A stretch of 64,000 nt of DNA from the human T2T-CHM13v2.0 reference genome, Homo sapiens (GCF_009914755.1 NC_060926.1); one strand, 5' to 3'. Shown: positions 1-14,024, counted from the first letter of the stretch. Numbers and translations are program-made. Notes: a model not told the origin generated them from the sequence alone.

Positions 1-949
1 TTTTCCGTCAAAATAAATAAAAGTGAAAACAAAAAAGACAAGGCTTTTCCAGAGGGAGGGAATGAGAGAGAATAGTAATGCATTGTTATCTTTGGTTCTA
101 GCCTGACTACTTCACATCATTCCTTAAAAAAAAAAATAAACTGGCTGTTCCATTAGTACCCAAAGGCATCTTTTGGACCAATATTTTCTTTGATCAGATC
201 AATGTTTTGACACTGGGTAGGTGTCTATCTGATCCCAGCCTCCCTACAGTTACTGATGCGTATAATCTGCTATTTAATCTACTATCTTCCCTATGTCTCC
301 CTCCTCCAGGTGCTCCAAGCCTTCTTCCTTTTCTTGAGCCTCTCTTACTTTACGGACCTGCTTGAACATGCTTCCCAGTCACTCTCTCTCGGGCACTGGT
401 CCTTAAGGTCTGCTTTTTCCCACTGTGTGATGAATAGAACTCTTCCTGGCTCTAGCCCCACCATGTAAGGACCACGAATCAAGCTCACTTCTTCCCTGCC
501 TAGACAAAGGATCTCTGAGTGTAGACAGCTGCTTCCAGAGGACTTTTTCCCATCTCCATGCCCACATGCTGTGGAAAATGATGTGAGGAATGTTCCTGGA
601 GAGTGCAGGACTCTTAGCCACGCAGGCTTTAGGTGCAAGTACAGAAATGTGAGCCCAGCTGTCAGCTCTCCATGTATGGCTGGCAGAGCAAAGGAAACAG
701 CTGCAGCTGCTGCAATGATGAAAACACGACCTGATTTCCATCACTCCTCTGTGACTGCTGCCCCTAAGACTAACCTTCTCAAGCTGCCCTTCTTGTTTTC
801 TTGGTTGCAGCTGTAGCTGGGCATGCCAGGTGCCCAGCATACTGGGAAAACTGAATGCATAATGCTTTTCATCTTAATGCTACAAAGGAGAAGTAGAGTG
901 AGGGCCATTCCCTGAAACAGGATCAATAGGTTGTAGGATTTGAACCATA

Positions 950-1560
950 TATTAACAAATTGCTTTCTTAAGTAGTTTTACCAATTTACACTCTCACCAG
1001 CAGTGCATACGAGTGTCAACTTGCCTACCTTCTCTCAAAGACATACATGGATATGGAATAGAATCTTTTTGCTAGTGACTATTAGTGAGTTAAGCAAGCT
1101 AATTGTGTACTGGCCACTTAAGTTTCCACTTCGGTGCAATGCCTATGCACATCCTTTTCTTCTTTTTTTGGCGGGGGGGGGGTGTTGTTTGCATGTTTTT
1201 CTTTATAGTTCTAAAGTCTTACGCAAAAAGTTAATTGTGTAATACTTTCTAATAACAGAAAAATAGAGAAACATGAAAGAGCATCAATAAGAGAATCAAT
1301 AAACAAATTGTGGCATAGTTATATACTGGTACATATTATAGCAATAAAAATGAAAGACATTATGTTTTAAAATGGAAAAATCTTGGAAACATAATGTTGG
1401 GTTAAACAAACATTTGCAAATGCCAGGCACATCTATCCAACAATTTCAGGACAGCTGTTACCTATGGAGTGAGAAAGAGAGGAATTCAATTATAGGGTGG
1501 GGGGAAGAAGCAGGAAGGTGGTTTAGTTGTATCTATCTCTAATGTTTTATTTAAGAAATT
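950..1560. mobile_element. Old L1M (L1ME/L1MC-like) 3'-end fragments, both orientations
   Basis: 'ccaatttacactctcaccagcagtg' (- strand L1 3' region) and 'aaacaaattgtggcata...atattatagcaataaaaatgaa...aaacataatgttg' (+ strand). Confidence 0.55.
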
Positions 1561-2764
1561 TGATACGGCCCATAAATACAAAATAATTAAAGAGTCATAA
1601 CTCCATTGGGTGATAACACGGCTGGTGGCCTAGTCCACCAAGAGATGGTCAAAATAGCCATCCACAGATTCTGGAATTCTGGTGGCAGTGCTGATAGTCG
1701 TGGGGAGAGGAGACAAGGAAGGTGGCAGCACACAGGGGAATTCGTCGTCCTGTATGGAAGCTGTCTGAATGGACTAGGTTGGCACCTTGAGCCCATTCTA
1801 AGAAGGTGTTAGAGGATGCTGCACATTGAGCCTGCAATAGCAGCCAAGCACACCAAATTCTCAATTTTCAATTTTACAAAATAGAGATGTCCCTGGGTAC
1901 CTATGGAGACTTCTTCACAGCTCCCATCAATCCCTCTGTTATCTGCCTGTGCTTGTTCCCTACTGGGACCTCAAGAAAGGACAAGCTATTCAGTAGAGGT
2001 GCAACTTGTGTCCTGTGAAGCGGCAGTTCACTTTGCCTCCAGGCACCTGGGGACATGACTGAAACTAAGAACCTCCCTTGGGGAGGAACTGGCCAAAGCT
2101 TTCCATGCTCCCTCGTGCCTGGCTCCAGCCAGACAGAGGATGAATGGTGACCTGTATCTGACTTTAGGGTTAGTCTGTGACAGACCTCAGGGCAACAAGA
2201 AGCTTTGGTGGGCAAGCCCTTCTTGGTAGGCCCAGCTTCCCAAAACTGCCACAATGGATGAGGACATTGTCAGTCCTCCAGGAAGCTAATATTTCTTGTA
2301 AATGAAATGTCAAATTGAGCACATGGGAAGACATCCAAAAGACTACTGCTCTCTCTTGCTCATAACCTACTCACCTTGGCCTCTCTTACTTAAAGCTCCA
2401 AGACCCCACTATCACTGACCAAATTCCTACCATCAATTTCACATGAGAATTCTGCTGTTGGTGTTGTCTAACCCACAGAAGTTCCCACTGCCACCACATA
2501 CTGCCTTTCATTTTCTTTTTCTCAAAGAAATTTCCTATAAAAAAGGGTTTTGAAGCAGAAGACAGCAAAAGAGAAGTGACTGTATGATAAACGCAGTGCC
2601 TGGCCCTGATCCTGAAAAGAGGGTACCCTTGTTTTTTCTAAATCTTGCAAGAAGCTTCTTTTAAATATGTAGATAACAACCCAAATCAAGGTTTCATCAA
2701 ATACATTATATTCCCCTCCCACCTAAGGTTAAATACTCTGCTGTGAAGATAAATCTCAAGATAT

Positions 2765-2855
2765 TTGAACATTCTCCTATTGATGGACGTTTAGGTCATT
2801 CCTAATTATTTGCTACCATACGTAGTGCTGTGATGAATATTCATGCACGTTTATC
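2765..2855 (-). mobile_element. Old L1M 3' fragment
   Basis: 'attctcctattgatggacgtttaggtcattcc...gtgctgtgatgaatattcatgcac' resembles the antisense of the L1 ORF2 end. Confidence 0.6.
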
Positions 2856-3714
2856 ATGCATCCTGAGGGTGGACAAAGTTGACAATTCAGTTCTTATTAA
2901 GCTTAAAGGAGATCAAGCAGGGAAAGAAAATTGATGCCCTTGCCCAGTGAACCTTGCTGGATGTCAGGTGTTCTGGGGCTGGTAGTTGTTGGGCGCATTG
3001 CTTGAGGAGGGGCTGGATATTAGGATAAGAAGTCAGAGAGGTACCTGCCCTCATTCTGGGACTGTGCTTTGACACTAACTGGATGGAGCACTGAAGGTCC
3101 AACTGGAAAGCTGAATGTAATCCCAAAGGCTGTGAAGGGGCCCCGTGTGGTACACTTGGCCCCTGATTGTGACCTGTCCCCTCCCATGGCTGTCAGACCC
3201 TCATGGTATTAATGGATATCTCTAGAAAATGGCACCCTTGCAACATTGGAGGTTCTGCTATTCCCTGGTTGGATCTAGGAAGAGTGGGTGTCAAAAAGGG
3301 GGCCATAAGTCTCACCATGCATACGTGGTAGTGTACTTTAGGATCTTTTATCTGAATTCAGTCACTCTGGCTGGGCCTACCCTTCCTGTTACATAGGCCT
3401 GAGAAGGACTGGGGGAGTCCCCTCTCTTCTTGAAGTCCACTAGCCTGACCACAGAAGATGTTTTCCAAGGACTCATAAAACCCATTGAGGGATATCAACC
3501 ATCTCTCCAGAATTTGTCTACGCTGCCTCCCTTCTCTCCAGTTTCAGTTTACTGCTTCCATCTACCTTGCCTCAGCTCTATTTTCTCCTCCACACCTTCC
3601 CTAGAGGCTCTCACCTTCAGGCTGTCTTTGCTCTGATCACTACTTCTGGACTTATTTCTCCAGGATGATTTTAACATCTTCCCTCTGACATAGTTTTGAT
3701 GCTAAGTGAGTGGG

Positions 3715-4020
3715 TCTAGAGTTGAGCTATGGGTCCCTTTATCAGCTTTGCCATTTACCAGGGTAAATTACTTCATGTATTCATTTATCCAGTGTTTCAC
3801 GATGTTGTCATGTAGGAGGCACTGTGCTAGGTGCAAGTAACACTGCCATGTGTCACGAAGGAAAAAGGACAATGAGCAATTAAAGTTTGCTTAAGCACTC
3901 TAGCCTCAGTTTCTAATCTGGAACACAGGAATGAGACAGTTACATCTATCTCGGTTGACTCAGTGAGGACTGCTGTAAGGCTTTCAGTAGTGTTTGAGAA
4001 TGAAAGCTCATTAGGTGTTA
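3715..4020 (+). mobile_element. MIR, apparently interrupted by an L2 3' fragment (~3778-3860)
   Basis: MIR core 'ctctagcctcagtttctaatctggaacacagga'; L2-like 'attcatttatcc...ggcactgtgctaggtgc'. Confidence 0.5.
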
Positions 4021-4256
4021 ACTCGATATCATCATTTGTATCTTCTGCAGGTCAGCATTGCAATGAGGCATCCTGTTGCCCAACAAGGCCACTTTCTAGG
4101 CTGTTTCTCCAATATGGTCCAATCTGGGACAATTATAGGACAAGAATAGAGTACAAATAACAAACGGTGTGCAAAAAATGTGGTAGTGCCTGGAACAATT
4201 TATTGCTGAAATGGATAGAAATAAATTAGAAATAAAGAATGCCTGCATCTGAAATT

Positions 4257-4322
4257 CTCTCTCTCTTTCCCTCTCTCTCTCTTACATGCACGCACACACA
4301 TACACACATGCACACACATACA
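4257..4322. repeat. (CT)n/(CA)n compound microsatellite
   Basis: Directly visible. Confidence 0.9.
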
Positions 4323-4708
4323 GTAATACCATGGAAACTGTATTTATTACAGAAAGAAGAAATTGTCATATTTAAATAGTAAAAGAAGAAGCTTCTACTT
4401 ACTGACTATTGGATTAACTTTTAGAAATCAAAGATGGCACATTATTGCAAAGCTAATAATAAGATGAATCAGTGTACAAAGCAGAGCACCTGAAGTTAGA
4501 CTAAAAAAGACATTAAAAAAATAAAATTATGCATTGTGATCAGCAAGCGTAAGGGATGCTCTGATTATATAATAAAAAGAATCAAAGAAAAGCAGTTTTG
4601 CATTTTTGCTTTTTCACTACTGCTCTTACCAAAAGGACATAATTTCTTATGACTTTACTTCATCTAGTCCTAAAGTTTTAGGTTTCATTATGGCTTTTAT
4701 TTCATTAG

Positions 4709-5051
4709 TGATATTGTTAGGCAAATTTCACCTTGAATTTTAATCCTCAGATGTTGAGGGAGGATCCTGGTGGGAGGTGACTAGATCACGGGGCAGTTTC
4801 CCCCATGCTATTATCACAATAGTGAGTGAGTTCTCAGGAGGTCTAATGGTTTTGTAAGTGTTTGGCAAGTTCCTCCTTTGCTCACTCTTCTCTCTCCTGC
4901 TGCCATGTGAAGAAAGACATGCTTGCTTCCCCTTCCAACATAATTGTAAGTTTCCTGAGGCCTCTCTAGCCATATGGAACTTAGAGTCAATTAAACCTCT
5001 TTCCTTGTCTTGGGCAGTATCTTTATGGCAGTGTGAGAATGGACCAACACA
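4709..5051 (+). mobile_element. Solo MaLR LTR, THE1D-like
   Basis: TG...CA ends (tgatat...ggaccaacaca), 'tgtaagtttcctgaggcctc', 'gagtcaattaaacctctttcc'; 5-bp TSD attag/actag. Confidence 0.88.
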
Positions 5052-6216
5052 ACTAGTAAAGTTATTATTAATGATAATACCTTACATTAATGATATACCT
5101 TTATGTTTATAAAATTCCTTTTATATACTTTAGCTTTGATTATTGACATGTTTTAAACATTTTCCAATAATGGATCCCAAATGTACAAAATGTTCAGTGT
5201 AAATTTTTATTTAAAATAATAATTTAATACACGTTCAAGAATTAAGAGGTTTCTTTATGCTTTATCTTTCATCTGCCTCTTTATCCTGAGCAGAATTATT
5301 AGTGTAAAAATAAAATAAAGATATTCAAGGTTTTGAAGACAGTTGCAGAAAAAAAGTAATTTTAAATCACAAATAGTTAAGAATACAATTTATAATGTCA
5401 GAATAAAATAATAAATTTCACTGACATGAAACATTTCTCTTATAAAAACACCACAACCTAGATTTTGTTCTTTGTAAGAGATAAAATTTAATTGAGCAAA
5501 TATTCTTCTACAAACTTAAGACCAATGCAAGCGTTTCCTAGTATCTGTATAAAACAGAGTGTGTCGCTTATTTAAAGGGACTGTTTTGTTTCATCATTTC
5601 AAATGATGCTTAGAAGTCAGGTTGAACCCAGGAACCCAGGGCCACAGGTGTCCAGTCTCAAATAAGACAAAGAAAATAGCATAGTAGGCATTTCACTGAT
5701 TAGAAGACATTTCAATTTAAACATCGTTTTCTTCTCCGTCTTAACAGAAAATACACAAGGGATACATACACGATGATGTTCAGGGTGACAGGAGGCTTCT
5801 ATAGGATAAAAATAATAATGCAGATTTTTTTTACTTCCAAAATACAAGTCTTCTTTATTCTTTTCCATGATGAAGATTGAAATGATGCTTCTTTTATAGC
5901 TCACCATATACTATGCTCAAAGAAGCATTTTGTGAATGTAAAAGTTGTGTTCTGGTTTTAACATCTCTCATGAAGTAAATAGAGTAAGTAACCTGGAATA
6001 TATGCAAATAATTTCATTCTAAACATTAATACATAGTCCAAATATACACTGGGGCATAAGCAAATGAAGGATTAAGTAATTCATCATTTTGGGGTACTAA
6101 AATAAAAAAAACTCATGACATTTTAAGACAAGTATTTATCTAGTAAATAGCCAAATTGTAGAGTTATAAACATCATCAGAAGTAGAGCTGTAAATGTGAA
6201 CCAGCAGATTGAAATC

Positions 6217-6350
6217 TCATTCATTTGTCCAGTTATTTATTCAGCAAATATTTATTGAGTGCTGCTACAGCCCAGGAACTATGCCTAGGTATTAGAGACA
6301 CAAAGGTGAATAAGACCCAGTCCCTACCTATGAAGGTCTTGCAGATAAGT
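6217..6350 (-). mobile_element. L2 3' end
   Basis: 'tcattcatt...ttcagcaaatatttattgagtgc...gtgaataagacccagtccctacc'. Confidence 0.75.
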
Positions 6351-6480
6351 GAATGATGGCAAATCTGCTGGACAAAAATATCACTTTAAAAATTAAATTA
6401 CAAGTAAAAAGAGATGTATACACAGTCTCAGTAACTTCAAGACAACAACAACAACCATAAAAATCTAAATAGTACAGGCT

Positions 6481-6572
6481 TGATATGAGTAGGATCTGTG
6501 TCCCCACCAAATCTCATATTGAATTGTAATCCTCAGTGTTGGAGGTGGGACCTGGTAGGAGGTGATTGGATC
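6481..6572 (+). mobile_element. MSTA-like MaLR LTR, 5' fragment only
   Basis: 'tgatatg...gatctgtgtccccaccaaatctcatattgaattgtaatcctcagtgttggaggtggg...gaggtgattggatc'. Confidence 0.85.
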
Positions 6573-6579
6573 TTGTTCG

Positions 6580-6905
6580 GATGTTTCCATGTCTGGCTTC
6601 TTCACTTCACTCTGGGCTCAGATCAAATGCCAAGTCATCTAGGCCTTCTCTTGCAACCCTCTATAAAGCTGTGCTCTCCTGCTTAACCCCACGTCCCCTC
6701 CCCACCCCCACCCCCATCTCTTTCTCATTACCCTGTGTTTCCTGCATAGCATCCTTTACTGCCCAACAGTCTCCTAGAGACTTACTGCTATTTTCTATCT
6801 TTCTGCTAGAATATATGCTCATGAGAGCAAGTAACTAGTTGTCAAATGAACCAGAATATCTTGACACAGAAGGTACTTGGCAAAAACATTTGTGCATGGA
6901 ATCAG
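6580..6905 (+). mobile_element. L2 3' fragment
   Basis: 'gctcagatcaaatg...aggccttctc', 'ctagaatatatgctcatgagagca', 'aaacatttgtgcatggaat'. Confidence 0.6.
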
Positions 6906-7859
6906 TAGCAGTACAGATCACACTCTGAGATCCAGCTACCCACAGAAACCCAGATAAGAAAGATAATATTTAGGGAAGATAATTTTAAGAACAAGGTTAA
7001 CTATATACTTCTCTCAGTTGTCTAATATATCCTCAACTTAAAATTTGGAATGTATTCCAAAATACATGAACTACATTATAACATCATCTCAAATAACTAT
7101 GTGCTTTGAATTGCCTTTTATTATTATGGCTTCAATCTGTTTGTCAGATTTTATGAGAAACAACCATATAAATTTTATTTCCATATTGGCTGTGAAACTA
7201 TTGTGAACAATTTTTTCCTTTTACCTCCTTAAAATATCCTAATAAATCCATTCAGACTTTCTAACAGGGGAAAGTTTTGCCTCTCTGAGAAACTGGTATG
7301 TTCTCTCTTCAAAGGAGACATATAATATAACCATATTTCCTTATTTTTCTTGGCCACCAGATAAAATAGTGTCAGCTTTCATGATGAATTATAATAAGTG
7401 TATTAACCTTTATGGTTAAAGTATTTATTTATTCCCTCATAATTCTGTTTAGATTTTTTAAAATTAATGTTATCATATTTTTTCCAGGGTGTCTTCAATT
7501 CTTATTTGAAAGGTTGTAAGTAATACTGAATTTAAATTGTAATGGTAAGTCCTAAATGTAATACTCAGAAGTGCTCAATACTGAACTGAATAACAGACAT
7601 TGCTGAGACTGTGGAGAGATAACTCTAGGAATATTTGAGATGCTTAAATTACTTTGAGTTTGGTTTCAAAAATACATTGAACTATGAAATAGAGGCCCAA
7701 AAGGATAAGAAATAAATTTTGAGAATAAAGCAATAAAGAATGATTTAATTTTAGCTAACAACATTATTAAAGGCCTCCTGTATCTAACAATGCGATAAGG
7801 CAATGTAAAGAGAGAAAGTCCACATATGATTTCTTTTACACTCAAATATAATTTACTAG

Positions 7860-8012
7860 GCCCAGGATTCTGACAAATCCCTCATTTTCTCTCAGCATCA
7901 GACTCCTTATCCCTAGATTGAAAGAAAAACACTGTCCCGGTGGGGTTGTGATGGGGATTGAATGAGATAATAAAACTCAGGCATCCAGTAGAGTTCTTGG
8001 CACAAAATTAAT
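7860..8012 (+). mobile_element. MIR fragment
   Basis: 'ggttgtgatggggattgaatgagataat...ttggcaca'. Confidence 0.55.
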
Positions 8013-8134
8013 AACGGAGAATTCAGGAGAGGGCCTCTTATCTGATGCCTTTAGGTCTGGCACTGGGCCAGTTCAAAAGAGATATCTACATCTGAGACAT
8101 GTACAACCTCATACATCATACACTGTCTTACACA

Positions 8135-11100
8135 TTTTAAACATACTTTTAATGCCAGAACAGTTTTAAGTTTGCATAAAATTGTCAAGAAAGCAGAGTT
8201 CCCATATACATCACACCTAATTTCCCTAGTTTCAACATCTTATATTAGTATTGTATATTTGATATTATTAATAAACCAATATTGATATATTATTATGAAC
8301 TGAAGCCCATACTTTGTTCAGATTTCCTCAGTTCTCTCCTAAGGTCCTTTTCCTGTTCCGGGATCCCATCCAGGTACGCATTCCATTTAGCTATCGTGTC
8401 TCCTGGACTCCTCTTGGCTGTGGCAGTTTCTCAGACTTTCTTTGTTTCCGACGACCTTAGCAGTTTTGAGGAATGCTGGTCAGGTTTTTAAAGAATGTGC
8501 TACAAGTGGAACTTGTCTGATGTTTTTCCCATAATCAGACTGGGATTACATGTTTGGGAGAGGAATACTACATAGACAACATGCTGTTTTTCATCCACTG
8601 TGTTAAGGATATATAAAATCAACATGACATTACGTTAATTTTAACCTTGATCATCTGGATGAGGTATGGCTGTCAGCTTTCTCCATTATAAATTTATGTT
8701 TCCCCTTTTCATACGGTATTGTCTCGAAGGAAGTTATTATGCACAGCCCACGCTTAAGTTATGTTTCCCCTCCTTGAGGGTGAAGTATCTATATAAACCA
8801 TTTGGAATCCTTCTGCATGGGAAATTTATTATTCCTCATTTGTTTATTCAATAATTTATATCAGTAAGGATAAATGGTTATTGATTTTATACTTTGGGTT
8901 ATAATCTAATGTTAATTTACTCTGTTGTTCACATTGACCAAGATTTGACCACTGAGGGTTCTTTCAGTTGGCTCCTGGGTCCTTGTGACAGTGAGGGTTT
9001 GCTTGTGGTTTGTGTTGATAATTTTGTTTTTGAGCATCTCCTTACTTTCTGGCACTACAAGACACTCTAGGACCATGTTGTATATTTCCTGCCCAGGTTC
9101 TAGAATCAGTCATTTCTCCAAGAAGCCTTAATTCTTTTCTTGTATGAAAAATGGTATTAGAAACCAAAATCTGGTTTCTAGGCATGCTCATTGCTACTGG
9201 AGTGTTTTGTTTTCAGGCCCTCTCAGCTGGTAAGAGCAAGAAAATATATATGTGTATGCTAACTTGTAAATATATACATATATCTATAAATATTTTTATG
9301 TGCAACCATGTGTATCTGCATTAAACTAAAACTGAGTGTCTACAGATGTCACCAACTCTAATTCATCACCAAATAGATCACTGTAGCCTCCTCCCCTTGA
9401 TATCTGTAAATTCCAGCTTCAGAGTGAGAAATCCAGCTCCCACTGTACACCATACATTGACTTAATTGATCTATTCCAGTATTCATGTATTGTGACACAA
9501 GAATTGTTAACCTACAACTCCATGGAAAATAACTTTATTAACTAGAGTACAGTGCTTATATACAGTTTCTTGCTGTTAGTTTTACAGACTCCACTCATCA
9601 TTCATATATACAATTACTTAGATCAGGAAACATCACCCCCTCCCTATCCTCTTCAGTGAGGTTATTTCAATTTTTTTTGTTGTTTGTTTTTTGAGGTGGG
9701 ATCTTGCTGTGTTGCCAGTCTGGACTCACACTCCTGGGCTCCAGTGATTCCCTCCCATCCCAGCCTCCCAAATACCTGGGACTACAGTTTCAAATAATTT
9801 TAATACAATTAGGCTATTTTGTCATATTTTGTATTTCATCCTGAAATCCCCCAGCCTCTTTATTGATTTTTTAAGTTTACATATGTAAGGATTCAGTCAC
9901 CACACTGGAAAATTGTATGGACTTTAACAAATGCATAGCATCACATATCCACCATTAGAGTATCATATAGAATAGTTTCACCAGACTAAAATACAGCCTG
10001 TCCTTCACTATCCAAACCTTCCCCTTCCCTCTGAACCTTTGGCAACCACTGATCTTTTTACCATCTCTATAGCTTTACCTTTTCCAGAATGTCACATAAT
10101 TGGAATTAGAAAGTGTGTGGTCTTTTAGACTGGCTTCTTTTACTCAGCAGTGTGCATTAAAGGTTCATTTATACATTTTCATGGTTTGGTAGCTCAAATT
10201 GTTTTTATCACTGAATAGTATTTCATTGTATGAAGGTACTATGGCTTGTTTATCTGTTTAACTATAGAAGCACAGCTTGTGTGCTTCCAGTTCTTTGTAA
10301 TTATAAATAAAGCTGCTATAAACATTTGCATGCAGACATTTTTTGTGGAAATAAGTTTTCAAACCTATTGGGTAAATATCTGGGAGTTCAATTCCTGGGT
10401 CATATAATAAAAATACATTTAGCTTTATAAGAAGCTGTCAAACTGTCTTCCAAATATTACAGTCAAGCTACATCCCAAAATTGCAATACAATTTTGTGTT
10501 TTGATCAGCAATGAATGAGAGTTCCTGTTGCTTTGCATCCTAATCAGTAATTGGTATTGTTAGATTTTGGTGGATTTTAGGCATTCTTATGTGTATTGTG
10601 GTATCTTCTAGTTGTTTAAATGTTCAATCATGAATGACAAATGATGTTAAGCATCTTTACATATGTTTATGTGTTATCAGTACATCTTCTATGATTAGGT
10701 ATCAGATCTTTTGGCCATCTTTAAATTGCTTTTTACTGTTGAGTTCTAAGAATTCTTTGTATATGTTGCATACAAGTTCTTTATCAGATATATATTCAGC
10801 ATATATATCTCAGTATACGGCTTATCTTTTCATTCTTTTAATAGTGCTTTCACTGGGAAGTTTTTAATTACAATAAGGTTCAAGCTGTCAATTTTTTCTT
10901 TCGCAAAGTGTGCCTCTATATGACCCAAGGTCACATAGATTTTCTCCTGTGGTTTTTTTCTAGAAGTTTTGTAGTTTTGCATTTTAAATTTATGTCTATG
11001 GTCTGTTTTGAATTACTGCTGTGAAAGGTGTAAGTTTTATGTCTACATACATATGTTGCATATGAATGACCAACTGTTCCAGCATCATTTGTTGAAAAGG

Positions 11101-11920
11101 CTATACTTTCTCCATTGAATTGCCTTTGTTCCTTTGTCAAAAATCAGCTGACTATATTTGTGCAGGGCTGTTTCTTAGTTCTCTTTTTTGCACCATTGAT
11201 CTATGTGTCTATATTTGCTTTTTTTAACCAATACCATGGTGTATTGAATACTACAGCCTAATAGTAAGTCTTAAAATCAGGTAATGTGAGCCCTTCAGTT
11301 TTGTTTCTCAGTATTATGTTGGATATTCTAGGTATTGGACTTTCTATAAAAATTTTAGAGCCAGTTTGCAATATCTGCGAAGTAGCCTGCTTGAATTTAA
11401 ATTGGTATTGCATTGACTCTGTTGATCAAGTTAGGAATAAATGACATTTTAACAATATTGAGTTTTCCAATTCACAAACATGCACTGGCTCTCCATTTAT
11501 TTAGATTTTTTTTTGTTTTCTTTCATCAGTGTCTTGTAGTTTTTCACATATAGATCATGTACATATTTTATAAGATTTATACTTAAATATTTCAATATTT
11601 TTTGGTGCCATTGTAAAACTGGATGTTTCAGATTTCAAATTCCAGTTGTTCTTTACTGGTATACAGGAAACAAATGAACTTACTAACCTTGTATCCTGAG
11701 ACCTTGCCATACTCACTTATTCATTCCAGGAGTTTTTATTGTTCTTTGTATTGATTCTTTGGGATTTTTCTACTTATTCAATAATGTAATATTTATTAAT
11801 TAAATGAATATTTATTAATTACTCTTTATGTAATCAGTTTTATTTCTTCCTTTCTAATATGAACACCATTGATTTTGTTTTCTTGTCTTATTGAACTAGC
11901 TAGAACTTCCAATATAAATC
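8135..11920 (-). mobile_element. Old L1 (L1MC/L1MD-type) long 3' UTR plus ORF2 3' part, 5'-truncated
   Basis: 'cagatttcctcag...ttccgggatcccatccagg...cagtttctcagactttc' 3' UTR; ORF2 antisense 'ttccagcatcatttgttgaaaagg...tccattgaattgcctttg'; ORF 10931-11140 is L1 ORF2-like. Confidence 0.85.
9671..9787 (-). mobile_element. Free left Alu monomer (FLAM) nested in the L1
   Basis: T-rich tail then 'gaggtgggatcttgctgtgttgcc...ctcctgggctccagtgat...cagcctcccaaatacctgggactacag'. Confidence 0.8.
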
Positions 11921-12885
11921 TTTTTCATTTTGATCAAAACATATAATGCCAATCTTTCACTGTTAGGCCAAGATATGTTTCCCTCAGAATGGGTGTTATG
12001 TGTTATATTTCTTGCAGAAACCACACTTACTCTAAGATTTTTCAGCACCAATTATTTTAAGCACCCCCAAAATGGACACACTTGAAAAGAAATCTAGGTG
12101 CAGAATTTGCTTAAAATTTTAGGACTTTTTTTTTTTTTTGCCTTTTTATGTTTCAAATGCGTTGGTCATGCTAATTTCCCCAGCTATTTAAAAAAGTAGC
12201 TTTTACTTAATCTTTCAAAAGTGTTTAACTGAATTTTTATGAAAGAAAATCTCTTGCTCTTGGGAAACAATTTTTATCAATCCACAATAATAATTAATTA
12301 AATTACAGTATCACAATAACAAGTGGAGGTGGCATAAATACGTTGGATACAAAAGAACACTGATATAATAATAGCAACTCTATTGGCAGAAGCAGAAGTT
12401 TTCGCTCATGGCCTCAAACTCTCAGTGTTCCACAAGACTAGTTAGTATATCTGACAGGGGAATCAAAGCCACTAGTTAGGCTGGCAAATCAGTTAAGTGG
12501 ACTAAGAGGTAATTTATTGTATTAAATTATAGCCTTAATTTTGGACCAATGAAGGAATGAAGCAATATTCAGTGGGTATGTGACTTACTCATTCTAATAA
12601 CTAACTAAACTCTTACTCTAAGCAAAGTAACATAACACTGTCTTTTTTATTTTGTGGAAATGTGACCATCTATACAATCTGAAGTAGTATGTCTTTAATA
12701 AAAAAGATTTAAAATAGGTTTAAATCTATCACAATGCAAGGCTACCTGAGAAAGGAAGCCAGCAGTTTATAAGAATTGTATTGAACACTTTACATAGAGA
12801 TTTCCATTAATTTAAGCATACTATAAAGTTCTTCAGGGCAAGAAATATGCTTCCCATTTCCTCATATTTCCTACAACAATGGCCT

Positions 12886-13488
12886 TGTAATGGTAGGAAA
12901 TGTTGGCTAGGCTGAACTACATTTCTCAGAATTTCCTTCTATGCTGGGTTAGATGGGCCATGAGAGAGATTCTTCTGAGATGTAGAAGGCGTAAGGAAGA
13001 AGACACACATGTGCTGCTGCCGATCTGCTGCATGAACATGAAGCAGCAGCAGGCCTATAATGATTCCACCTTCCCTTGGGTCCTCCTCCACTTTCTCTGA
13101 CATCTGGGTCAGGTGTGTGTGTAACTCTCTGAAGAAGGGCCCTAGCTTCAGCAGGATACCCTTGTAACCAAGGTCAGAGTTAACCAGAGCTGACCTAGGT
13201 TTCTGTCCGTCCTTGTGGCATTCCCGTTTATGCTTGTCAGTTCTTGCCTGCTTGTGATCTCCCCTTCCTGACTGCCTGCCCTGTGGAATTCATGCTGCAG
13301 CATGAGACACAGAGAAAACAGGCTTACAGAGACTGATTACCCAGCCTCTAAATTGTGTAAGGCCAACCATCCCCATAATAAATCTATTTATGTGTATGCA
13401 CACACAGATAAAAATACCTCACTCTCTTATATATGTGTGTGTGTGCATGTGTGTATGTATGTGTATGTATGTATATGTGTGTGTTTCT

Positions 13489-13530
<42 letters not shown>

Positions 13531-13571
13531 CCCACTGGTTCCACTTGCTTGGTTGAACCCTGACTGATACA
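12886..13571 (+). mobile_element. ERVL solo LTR, MLT2E/F-like
   Basis: Starts tgtaatggt, 'gaactacatttctcagaatt', AATAAA followed by simple-repeat tract, ends 'gaaccctgactgataca'. Confidence 0.75.
13428..13530. repeat. (TG/TA)n then (TATC)~10 microsatellite within the LTR
   Basis: Directly visible. Confidence 0.9.
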
Positions 13572-14024
13572 TACCTTAATGAATTTTCTACCAAAGTCAC
13601 GTTCCTGAGGGATGGGAATGCTGGCATGAAAAGCATTGTTAAGATGTGGCTTTCAACAAGCTCTGAGAATGAGAGATGGGGAAGCACAAGGATGAATGAA
13701 CCAAAGACGAACATGTTAAGACTCTCAAATAGACTCATGTTTTTAGAGAAATTTCTATCATCTTCTAAATCCACAGACTAAATCTCATAAAAGGCCAAAA
13801 CCCTTTTATGATAGAAACTCAAGAAAAATGAAAAATCATCACTGGATGATACTGCACCTCTTTTGACAAAGCTGATTGCTGATTTTAAATATTATTTCCT
13901 AGGGTCTATCTATAATACTATTAAATAGTATTACTGAGGATCTACCCAGGATCCTAGGACACCTCTGCCTGAATTCTGCTCTGGCACCAAGGATCACATT
14001 CCTCCATTCTTGAGAAAATTCTGC

